The notes under the pieces were generated by a model, which had not been told where the DNA came from, did not search any database, and saw only the letters and a list, made by a program, of their open reading frames with translations. A stretch of 64,000 nt of DNA from Eimeria praecox. Taxonomy: Eukaryota. The DNA lies in assembly GCA_963920595.1 (NCBI GenBank), contig OY986950.1, forward strand, positions 1,612,001 through 1,676,000. Direction: 5' to 3'. Made by a program: the position numbers and the translations under genes. How positions within the stretch are numbered: the stretch's first letter is position 1; each line of letters begins with the position of its first letter. Below, piece by piece: positions 15,001 to 25,233 of this stretch.

Positions 15001-15560
15001 CGCATCTCACAGGACGTGCGCTTCGCGTTTGGGCACTTGGACCGGCTCTATAACGGCTCTTTTGCTTCGCGTCTGCAAGGTGGTTTTAAGAGTGTGCTGA
15101 TAGAGGCGCTGGAGTTTGTGGTCAAGCTTAGTTGCAAGCGTGCACCGAAAACGCCCCCCAGTCAGATGCTGCTGCCCCCTTGCTGATACGCCTTTAATCT
15201 CTGTAGGGATAGGTATAAAATGCAGCCTGCTGTTTAGTGGAGCCTTGGCATGTGATCGACTTACACTGTATGTGTTCATGCGAGCATGGCTTTGTGTTGG
15301 GTAGATATTTGGGGGACTGAAGCGTACGTGCCTGCAGTTGCGAACTCGCAGTCACGCGCGGCAGTACAGAGGAACGCCTAGCGTGGGAGGAATGAGCTTT
15401 TCGATCCCGCTGATATTGCGTGTGGGTTCCTGGTCGTGCTGCATACGAAGACTGTTTCGTATCCGCTTGACATCCACAGATATAAAATGTAGTTGAGCTT
15501 CACGGCTTGCGGACTAGCGTCTAGTTTCTCGTTTGAAGGTTGCGGGCCCGAGTGCGGCGC
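12083..15560. repeat. Higher-order unit spacer block, copy 3
   Basis: Same anchor at 12107. 14290-16860 is nearly identical to 7730-10300. Confidence 0.85.
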
Positions 15561-17360
15561 TTCGGTCTCGAGCACTTGTTTCCCTCTCGGTCAGAAGGTT
15601 ATATGCTGGGTTTTTGATGCGAATGTTCCAAACGGTTTTAGGGTGGTTGAAATGAATACCACGAGTGTTTTTTTTTGTTGCTTCTCAGCGTCAGAGCAAG
15701 TGTGCTGTTGAGCGCATTGGACAGCCAGTGGGCTTTACTTTTGAATGGTTGCAGCAGCGTTTTAAGATTGCAGACCACTGGCTTCATTTCTGCAGACTGT
15801 GTTTGACTGGGTGTTGACAGTAGTGCTGGTGTTTGTGGCCTGTCTTAGTTTCAAGCGTGCACAGCAAATGCTCTCACGCCGAATGCGGCTGGCTACTTGT
15901 AGCTGTTTCTTTAATCTGTTAGTATATAGGTTAGAAATGCAGCTTGGTGGTGATGAGAGTACGTGAAGGTTTTCCATGTGATATGCCCAAGCGGTAGGCT
16001 TTTATGCGAGGACGATGTTGCGTTGGCTGTATATTTGTCAGAGTGAAGTGTGCATGCCTGCAGTTTCGAAGGTATAGTTGCGTGGAAAGGCTGCCTATAG
16101 TGTGGGTATGTGCTTGATCGGCTGGCTCTGATGGAGAGCGTGGATGAGTTGCATGGCTTGCGCATTTGCCTGCAGCTTCGCATTGCAGGGTTACAAGCCG
16201 GACGGCGGCGGTTCGGTCTCGAGCACTTGTTTCCCTCTCGGTCCAAAGGATATACGCTGAGTTTTTGATGCGAATGTTGCAAACCTTTTTAGCGTGGTTG
16301 AAATGAATACCACGAGTGTCTTTTTTTGTTGCTTCTCAGCGTCAGAGCAAGTGTGCTGTTGAGCGCATTGGACAGCCAGTGGGCTTTACTTTTGAATATT
16401 TGCAGCAGCTTTTTAACATTGCAGACCACTGGCTTCGTTTCTGCAGAGTGTGCTTGACAGGGTGTTGACAGCAGTACTGATGTTTGTGACCTGCCTTAGT
16501 TTCAAGCGTGCACAGCAAATGCTCTCACGCCGAATGCGGCTGGCTACTTGTAGCTGTTTCTTTAATCTGTTAGTATATAGGTTAGAAATGCAGCTTGGTG
16601 CTGATGAGAGTACGTGAAGGTTTTCCATGTGATATGCCCAAGCGGTAGGCTTTTATGCGAGGCACATGTTGCACTGGCTGTATATTTGTCAGAGTGAAGT
16701 GTGCATGCCTGCAGTTTCGAAGGTACAGTTGCGTGGAAAGGCTGCCTATAGTGTGGGTATGTGCTTGATCGGCTGGCTCTGATGCAGAGCGTGGATGAGT
16801 TGAATGGCTTGCGCATTTGCCTGCAGCTTCGCATTGCAGGGTTACAAGCCTGACGGCGGCGGTTCGGTCTCGAGCACTTGTTTCCCTCTCGGTCCAAAGG
16901 ATATACGCTGAGTTTTTGATGCGAATGTTGCAAACCTTTTTAGCGTGGTTGAAATGAATACCACGAGTGTCTTTTTTGTTGCTTGTCAGCGTCAGAGCAA
17001 GTGTGCTGTTCAGCGCATCGGACAGAAAGTGGGCTTTATTTTTGAACAATTGCAGCAGCTTTTTAAGATTGCAAACCACTGGCTTCATTTCTGCAGAGTG
17101 TTTTGGACTGGGCGCTGACAGCAGTACTGATGTTTGTGGCCTGTCTTAGTTTCAAGCGTGCACCGAAAATGCTCTCACGTCGAATGCTGCTGGCCACGTG
17201 TAGCTGTGCCTTTAACGTGCTAGTGTATAGGTTGAAAATGCAGCTTGGCGCTGATGAGAGTACGTGAAGGTCTTCGAAGGTACAGTTGCGTGGAAAGGCT
17301 GCCTGTAGTGTGGGTATGTGCTTGATCGGCTGGCTCTGATGCAGAATGTGGTTGAGTTGC
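15561..17360. repeat. Run of ~2.7 well-conserved 651-bp monomers (other runs at 1-~830, 4366-~5380 and 9001-~10500)
   Basis: Direct 651-bp periodicity. The last copy has a 93-bp internal deletion at ~17272. Confidence 0.9.
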
Positions 17361-20300
17361 ATGTGTGCCAGCTCCTCTACAGTGCGACTGATTTGCTTCG
17401 CTTCTGCGATGCGTTTCCAACCGTGTGCTTGTAGGTGTGTCGTTGACGCCCGGGGTTTTAGGTGTGGAATGCAGCATGTTTCTTGTGATAATATCAGTGT
17501 GGTAGTCTTTCATGTGGCTTACCCAGGCTCTAGATGTTTATCCAGGCAAGGTGGTGTTGTGTTGGGCGGATATTTGTCCGACTGAAGTGTACGTATCTGG
17601 TGCGTAAGGCCCAAGTTATAGTTGCATGAAAAGCCTGTCCGAAGAGAGGAGATGCGGTTGATCAGCTCACACTGACACAAAGTGTGGCTAAGCTACAAGG
17701 GACGCGCACGTGTCTGCATTTTCCCCATTTGGGTGTGCATTGTCCAGAGGAACGAAATGTGGACGCTAGCGGTCGGGGAGGCCTTCGGTGGGCTGTGGAT
17801 AAATACGTTAGGGATAAAATACGGCTATGTAACGTGGTTGCGTGCTTCCAGGAACGCAGTTAGGGTTGTTTCCATATAATGCACTCAGAGTGGTTCGGCA
17901 TTAATTGGAGTCTCTTATCTCCTGCTCTGTTGCCCTTAGATCCTGCAACCCTCACTTCAAAGACAGCTATGGATTCCTGTACGCAGGGGGTACGCTGACT
18001 ATGCTGACTTCTTACATCATTGCTTCGCAGAACATCGAAAGAGGCAGGCGTCTTTGAAAGGCGTAAACTATGATACCATTTTCCTGTACCGTTTCAGTTT
18101 AGTTGCAGTTTTAGAGTGGGCTGCGTTGTGGGGGTTCACCACTCTTACCCCATTAGCCGATGTCAAATAATTTTTTGGAGCTATTCATTATTATTATATT
18201 GTGCGATAGGGCTAACCTTTACTTTGATTATCTAAGGCGGGGGTTGAGGCCTGCTGGTCCTATGCAAGGAGATAAGCCCACTCTGTATACCAGCGCTTTC
18301 CAGAAGAAAAGGGAAGGTACACACTTTGGGGAGGCGTGAACGACGATTCCATACATCTCAGCGTCAAGGGCTCTATGAAGAGATCAGATGCTTTGCTCCC
18401 GGAAGCAACGTTCCAGAGAATATCTGCGGAGAGAGGCTCAAAGCGATGCCAATCGGCGGAGTTGCGTATGCACCCTAACCAGGATCGCGTGCATTTAGCA
18501 GTTCTGGTTGCGAGCTGCAGTGGCAGCGAGGCCCATTGTGTGTTACACCTCACAGCAAAAGGACTAGCGCGCTGCCTACCCCAGGCATTAAATAGGCCGT
18601 TATCTGAATCCTAGAAAGTGCGTTCCTGTTTACAACCATATCACTGGGCACCCCATGCCGGTGCCAAAAGACGCGCAGTGCGTTGCGTGAATTGGCTTTG
18701 CACAGGTGCTATACGTCCGCGTACTTTGTATGCTGTACTCACCTCACTTTCAACCACTATTGAGAAAAAAATCATCTTTCTGGTACTTGTGCTGCGGGGG
18801 GCGCGCGCTCCATAAATTATAATTTTGCACAGATATACTTGTGGATGCCACTAATGCGTGGACGTTTCTGGCATCCAGTGCACTTTTCCGAAGGTCAGCA
18901 TCTATGAGCATATTTATTCCTGGCACATTATGCTTTTATGTTGATTGCTGGGTGAAGGGAAAGTTTTGCTCCAGCGGTAGGTCAGTCGTTGCATTTCGTC
19001 CGCACGGCAACGATGCGCTTGCCTAACTCTCTCCACCTCAGGTTAGCTCTGTTTAAGCGGTGTGAGAAAAGCTGTCAACCGCATTGACAGCGTGCATGCT
19101 GATGTTCTACATTCGCGGGTGCGGACACATGCTGCGCTGAAGGTTTCCAGGACGCAGATACTGGTTTGCTCTGCACAGGAAGCGAGCTAGGCCTGATACT
19201 TGACCAAGAAAGTTTGAAGGCAGGAGGTTCACAGATGCATAAAGCGCTGCCTGGTATGATGTGCCCTCCGCCATGAATTGCGGCGTAGCACTACAGGTTG
19301 CGCCTGGTGTATGCTCCTCCTTATCGAAGGTGCACTGCCGCCGATCCGCTGATATCGTTTTGGTATTTGCTGTTGCTCATATCGGATTCCGTTGTGCAGC
19401 GCTGATTCTGGTAGCATTTCCTTTCCTCAAAGGGTGGAGGTCGTGCGTACAGTAAGTAAGTTTCCTGCCTACTTGGTTTGGGCTGCATGTGGGATGGCCC
19501 CAGAGCAATACGGGCAATGCCGCTACCAAACCCAGCAGCTAGAAACACAAGCATATTCTTCATCTGCGTTGTGTGGAGCTGATGTCCCGGGAGCATTTAT
19601 TGGCTGCTCTTGTTATAAACAAACCATGCCCCAAGCCAAGCCAAAACAGGGCACTGACATACAGCACGCGGCAAAAGTGGCAGAAATTAAGCTCCTTCCT
19701 TCCTAGGGCTCAGTAACACTTGCCCTGACAAGGAGCCGCGAAAGGGAGTAGCGTTGCGTCGCCCACATTTGTCCCATAAAAGGGAATAGCTCATCCCACG
19801 CTTGATCCGTGTTTCTCCACACAGAGGTCTACGAGACCGACCAATATACAGCGTTCGAGTGAAACGTCAAATTAGGTGTGTGGCAACAATTGGCAGCATC
19901 GTTCACAGCAGCTGCATTGGCATTGGACGAAGAACTGCCCATTGATGGAGCTGTGGAGAAATGCAATTAGTCAGTGCGCCTGTGCGAAACTCCTCGTTTC
20001 GTTTCCGCCAAACGTTACGTAGACACACACACAGAGCCTGTAGCATACGCTGTGTTGAGCCAGCTGTCAAGCCTGCGCACGCACCTTTGCATGTTTCATG
20101 CTTCACGCCTCCGCAGCTGCGGGTGGTTGTTGCAAACGCGCCGAAGGGCTTGCACGAGAACTGCCAACACCTGTATAGATGAAGCTATCTCCAACTAGCT
20201 TCTCTATTTCTAAAAGTCGCGTGGGTTGAACCCCAAGCCGGCTAACATCAGGTCCGTTAATTTTCCTCAGTGGATATGCAGTGCACAACGCTGTCTGTCC

Positions 20301-20956
20301 TCTGTGTTTTCTGAAGAGAACTCAGCACTGGCCAGGGTGGCTAGGGAAGCCATCAATGCGGCTTGAGAAGAGGCAATTTGGTACCGGTGAGTGTAGGTTA
20401 GATAAAAACGAAAAAAAATACGCACTTCTGGGCGAAAGGCCATAGGATAGCTTTCACATCATAATGAAATACCTGCAATGTTTCTTTATGAAAGCATGCA
20501 AAGAGAGGGATTCCCTTGCACGTTAATACCTGCAATGAATGGCTGCTGCCACTGCATCCTCAGTGGCATTTGCACGTCTCTACGCACGCAGCGGAAAAGC
20601 AGTTCTCCACCCCAATAAATGTAGACACATTAGGAGTCCCGCCCTGCGTTTCAAAGACTATCCCACATATTCAGGCCTTTCTGCCTATCCAACAGCGGCC
20701 CCTCCGAATCCCCAGGCCTCAACCACCTCACCTTTCCGATTGACCTTCGAATGCATATGACGCGCGAGAGCATACTCTTGCCGATCGCGGCGGGGTTCGT
20801 GCACAAAAGATGCGACTATTACATATGCGCGACAACTGCATTTATGCACAGAAGGGTGCAGCTGGTTGGAAGTGACTCGTTATCCCTGTTGAACAATCAA
20901 TTTGAGAGTACACAAATTCACGTCATGACGCACCGCGTCTTCCCTCCTCCTGCTCC

Positions 20957-23900
20957 TCACGCCATGGCCCTTAAGTCATGCGAGCTTGAAAGATAACTCC
21001 CATAGCGCCTGTGCGGTCCCTCAGACTGAGGGCGTCGTAGCTTTCGGCTGCGCGTGGATGCGGGTGGAGACGCCAACCTAGCGCTAGACCGGCGGGAGCG
21101 TATCCGTTCTTGCTGCCATCTCGGTTGCTGCTTCTGGCTACGTGCAACCGAATTGCTGCGGTCTTGAGATGGCCGTCCTGTGGCAGTGGCAGCAGTTGGG
21201 ACAGACGCGCCTTCGACAAGGGGTGCCCCACCTGCAAGCCCCCCCCGGAACCCCACAAATTCATCCAAAGAAGAAGCAATACCGGTTTCTCTGTCCTGAG
21301 CCCTTGGCGCTGGGGTTGAAACACGCTTGCCACGAGAGGAAGACCCCCCTGGTGGAGCTGCACGCATATCCGTGCTTGCTCGCAGCCCATATGCAGCAGA
21401 CTGACACCTAGAGTATGCCCCCCTACGCCGCAAGCTCTGCACACAACGGTGACAGCAAGCAGCACATGCAGATCTCGACGCAACACAAACAGCGTGACAC
21501 AACCTTGTGCCTACGACGACGCATCCATGAACCCACCAAACAACAGAGGGAACACCAGAGCTTACATCTATCGAAACAGCTAGGAAACGCGCCCACACAG
21601 ACACCGTGTTCTCCTCGGACGCGAAGAGTAGGTAGCAGTTGTCTTTTGCACTGGAGTAGATGAGCATGTCCTTTCCCTCGGTGTATATTTCGCCGTCGGT
21701 TGCGAGGACGACTGTTTTCTGTACAAGCCAGAATGCAATAAATAGCGTACACCCAAGCCAAATGTTGCTGTAAAGCCTACTCCTCAAAGCCCTACTGCAC
21801 CCCTCCTTCTTAAAAGGCCCTTGTGTGCCTATGCGTGCCGCCTCTGCCCCGTTATGCCCCTACAGTTCCTGCACTCATCCCTAAATAAACTCTCTTTCTA
21901 CTGGTACGATCCCGTGCAAAGTGTATCGTTACTCGGAGAGTTCTGCCGCTTGGATCCATAAGAAGCAATCGTCCCGCATCTGTCAATACAGCGAGGCATC
22001 GCTGCGGCTGTAGCTGGCAGTTCCTCTTGTTGCCTTTCCCAAACAACCGAATGAACAACCGCTCACAGAAACTCCTGTGCTCTGCAAGTGCAGCAGCACA
22101 CACTAGAAGCATGGCTCTCGCTTCAGCGAAGCTTGCAAAACCATTTCCGTGCATTCACGCATCCATACACAACGAAAAGCATCCATAGTTTTTCAAAGAC
22201 GTCAGCTTATAAATACTCAAGCGGAGTCAACCCGTCGCCCATCACTGCGCAAACATAAGCAGAATCCTCCTCACCTCTCATACGCAGGAGAACGCCGTGA
22301 TACTGCATCCTTTCCCCCTTCAACAAGCACTTTCCAACGTGAGGCGGAGCATCTTGGGTGGCGGGGAAAGGACCTCTTATAGGCCCCTGGGTATCTCTGA
22401 AACTTGTGCTGGCCAGGCCGCTTGGCTGCAGACCCTCACGTGAAGGCATGCTGCCGACTGCAGCAGATGCCGCCCGCAATGGGCCTTCGACGCCTGCACC
22501 GCTCCCTTGACCAGCTGCTGCCCCCTCCCCTGTTAGAATCTGGCCGTCTCCATCAGGCTCGGAATAGTCTGCACTGGAGACAGGGCGAAGACGCAAAGGG
22601 GGGCCCCAACCAAGGACTGCATCTGTCACAGCGCGGCGGCAGGCGGCCTGGGGCTCTTCTGTTGACTCTGATCGGAAAGGCATAACGTCAGCTTCCAACT
22701 CCTGCTCATAGTCCTGTTGTTCCTGCATGTCTGCACCATCCCCGCAACCCTCTCCGTCCGCCCTCTTCCACTGGCGAACAGTCGATACAGCCTCGAAAGC
22801 ATCTTCCTCTGTGAAGGCTTGCCTGTTTGTGCTGCTGCTGTTGAGGCTCGGTCCTGGTGAGATAGGGACGGAGTCAACAACCCGTCCGCAGCACACGCAT
22901 GTCTTGCTACTGTCACAGCAGACACACACGTGCGTAGCGTCCACTGCTGCAGATTTCAGAGGAGAGAAAGGGCAGCCTATGGAAGGCGTGAGCTCAGCTT
23001 CCAGTGCGGCAGCAGATACTGCTGCTGCTGCTGCTGCTGCTGCCGCTGCTGCCGCTGCATCTGCTTCATCTCCACCAAACGAGGTCCCGCCACAGCCTGC
23101 CGCTGCTGCTGCTGCTGCCGCTGCTGCTGCAGCTGTTGCAGCTTGGCCGGCGCGTCTGGACTCTTGGAATGCAAAGGCATACTGCATCACGTCTACTGGC
23201 AGAGGGTGATAGTGCAGAGACATACAATCGATCCCGTTGAAAAAGGGGTGTTCGAGCAGCTCCTTTAAGTCTCTCGACCCTAATCGCTCTTCCTCCTTAG
23301 GGTGCAGCAACCGTCGTATGAGGTCTGCTGCAGCTGCGGGCAGGTGATGCGGCAGAGACAACTCCTGGTTTCCACATACCTCCATCGCAAGAGCCGGAGT
23401 TGAATGGCCTTCGAAAGGGGGCTCCCCCAGCAACAATTCGTGTACAACACACCCCAGAGACCAGCAGTCTGTTCCAAAACCGCAGCCTAACTGCTGCTGC
23501 CCTACTGCCTCTCCGTCTACATCTAAAGAAACAAACAGCTCAGGGGGTGCATAAGCAGCCGTCCCTGCATACGGATACATAACAGCGCTTCGACGTCTAC
23601 TTTCCGCATTCAAGTCATCCCGTACACGGCCTGGCTCACTCTCACACCTGTTCCTGCTGCTGCCGCTCCGGTTGTTGTTTTCGTTAATGTTGTTGTTGCT
23701 GCTGCTTGCGTACGAGAACTCCAAAGACGAGGTCAGCCTCTCAGCTCCTCCCTGTTGCTGTTCCGGGTGCTCCTTCTTACGGTTCTGCTGCTCTTGCCGC
23801 TGCTCTTCCTGCTGCTCCTGCTGCTGCTGTTCTTGCTGCTGCCGCTGCTGCTTTTGCTCTGGCTGCCGCTGCCAGTGCTGCTGCTGCCGTTTGGTGAAAC

Positions 23901-25233
23901 AGAGAGCAGAATCGAAGTCTACTAGCGTCAAGTGGCCGTCATGACTAACAACAATATTTTCGGGTCGAATGTCTCTGTGCAGCACTCCTCTTCCTCGCAT
24001 AGCAGCAAGAGCAGCAACAGCTTCGGCCGCCCACAGCCTTGCAGCTCCCACAGACAAGCTGAGGCCAGCGCAGCTCAGGCGCCGCAGCACATCGCGCAGC
24101 GAAGCAGCCCCTGCGTAGTGCAGTACGAAATAGAGGCTGTCTGCTGTCTGATATGTACGCCTCAAGTGCACAATACTGGGGTGTACAGACCGTCCCCCCG
24201 CACTCAGGGCCACCAGCGCCTCCTTCTCTATCAGCACCTGCTGCCGCAGCCGGCTGCGAAACCGCAGAGGATGTTTAGACACCTGAAGCGCATCCACCAA
24301 TCGCCCCACCACACAAAATCTATCACCTCCTGTAGCAGCAACACCAGCAGCAGCAACAGTAGCAGTAGCAGTAGCAGCAGAAGCAGCAGCTGCAGCACCA
24401 AGAGCAGCATAAACCCCTTGCTGCAACGCCATAAAAACCAAGAACAGAAGCAATCAAAGCAGCAGCAGCAGCTAGAAACGTACAACTTTAACCGCCACCG
24501 TATCCCCTGAAGATCTCTCTGTGCAACGAAACACCCGGCCTACAGCACCTCTACCAAGCAGAGCAACAGGCACATAAGGAGAGGAGGCATCAAAATCTCT
24601 ACAGGGAAATTGAAAAGGCGGAGTCCATCCAAGACTCGCTTGTCCTTCCCAGCCTGCTTCCTCTGCTGCTGCTGCTGTTGGTGCTGCTGCTGCTGCTGCT
24701 GCTGTTGCTGAAGACGCTGTTGGCTGTGAGCAAACAGGACTGGCTCCTCGAGTCCTTCTAGAGCTTGCTGAGGGGCCCTTTCTATGTGCAGATGCAGCAT
24801 GAAGCTGCTGCTTCTGCTGTTGCTTCCGTTGCTGCTCGTGCTGCCGCTGCTGCCTGGCTGATGCATCACCTCCAGACCCAGCCCCTCCCCCTCCAATCTG
24901 GACTTCGCTGTCATTCGTTGGTGACTGCCATCGAGGTTTGTGTGGCTGATGCCGTCTGTGTTGATGCTTGTGTTTGTGCTGATGTTGCTGATGCTGCCTG
25001 TGATGATGCTGAGGCTGTGGGTGCGGCCTTTCGCATGGGTGGCCGCCGCCTCGCCTCACCCCCTCTTGTCCATTTGCAGCAAAAGGCCTCGATGACACTA
25101 CCCTGCTGCTGCTGCTGCTGCTGCTGCTGGTTCTGTTGCTGTCTGCTCCACATGTAGCAGCCGGATACACCGCTCTGAGGGAGGGGTCATTCTGGTGTGA
25201 CCTGCGCGATCGGCTATCCCTGGGGATCTCCAT
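20957..25233 (-). CDS. PDK1/PDPK1-like AGC protein kinase with C-terminal PH domain; predicted exons 25233-24484, 24282-22275, 22081-21933, 21718-21566, 21436-20957 (~1179 aa)
   Basis: Kinase motifs: LGRGAVGRV glycine loop, VAVK|VVSKH joined across a GT-AG intron, HPSIVHL, HRDIRPEN, DFD, YAGTAAYAPPE, DCWSLGC, ERLGS...EHPFF. Downstream exons RCLAVLTDAGRLLLMDPSGRTLR and CYLLFASEENTVSVW resemble the PDK1 PH domain. All four junctions are phase-compatible. Confidence 0.85.

Larger units (their letters stand above)
1..17720. repeat. Hierarchical (higher-order) tandem repeat array: 651-bp monomers alternating with a ~3.5-kb block that is partly made of decayed monomers
   Basis: The anchor TTCGGTCTCGAGCAC occurs at 4366, 5017, 9001, 9652, 15561, 16212 and 16863 (651-bp spacing within runs), with variants near 474 and ~10303. 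Near-identical ORFs recur at offsets of 4635 (3699->8334, 4183->8818) and 6560 (8334->14894, 9351->15911). The array runs off the left edge of the window. Confidence 0.95.

Noticed and set aside
372..17585. The many 60-170-aa ORFs as real genes
   Set aside because: They overlap in several frames, have no recognisable motifs and are broken differently in each repeat copy.
1..17720. CRISPR array or prokaryotic defence locus
   Set aside because: The units are hundreds of bp long with no short repeat/unique spacer pattern, there are no cas-like ORFs, and the DNA is eukaryotic.
1..17720. LTR retrotransposon or rDNA/5S/snRNA tandem array
   Set aside because: No gag/RT/integrase motifs, primer-binding site or recognisable structural RNA sequence were seen.
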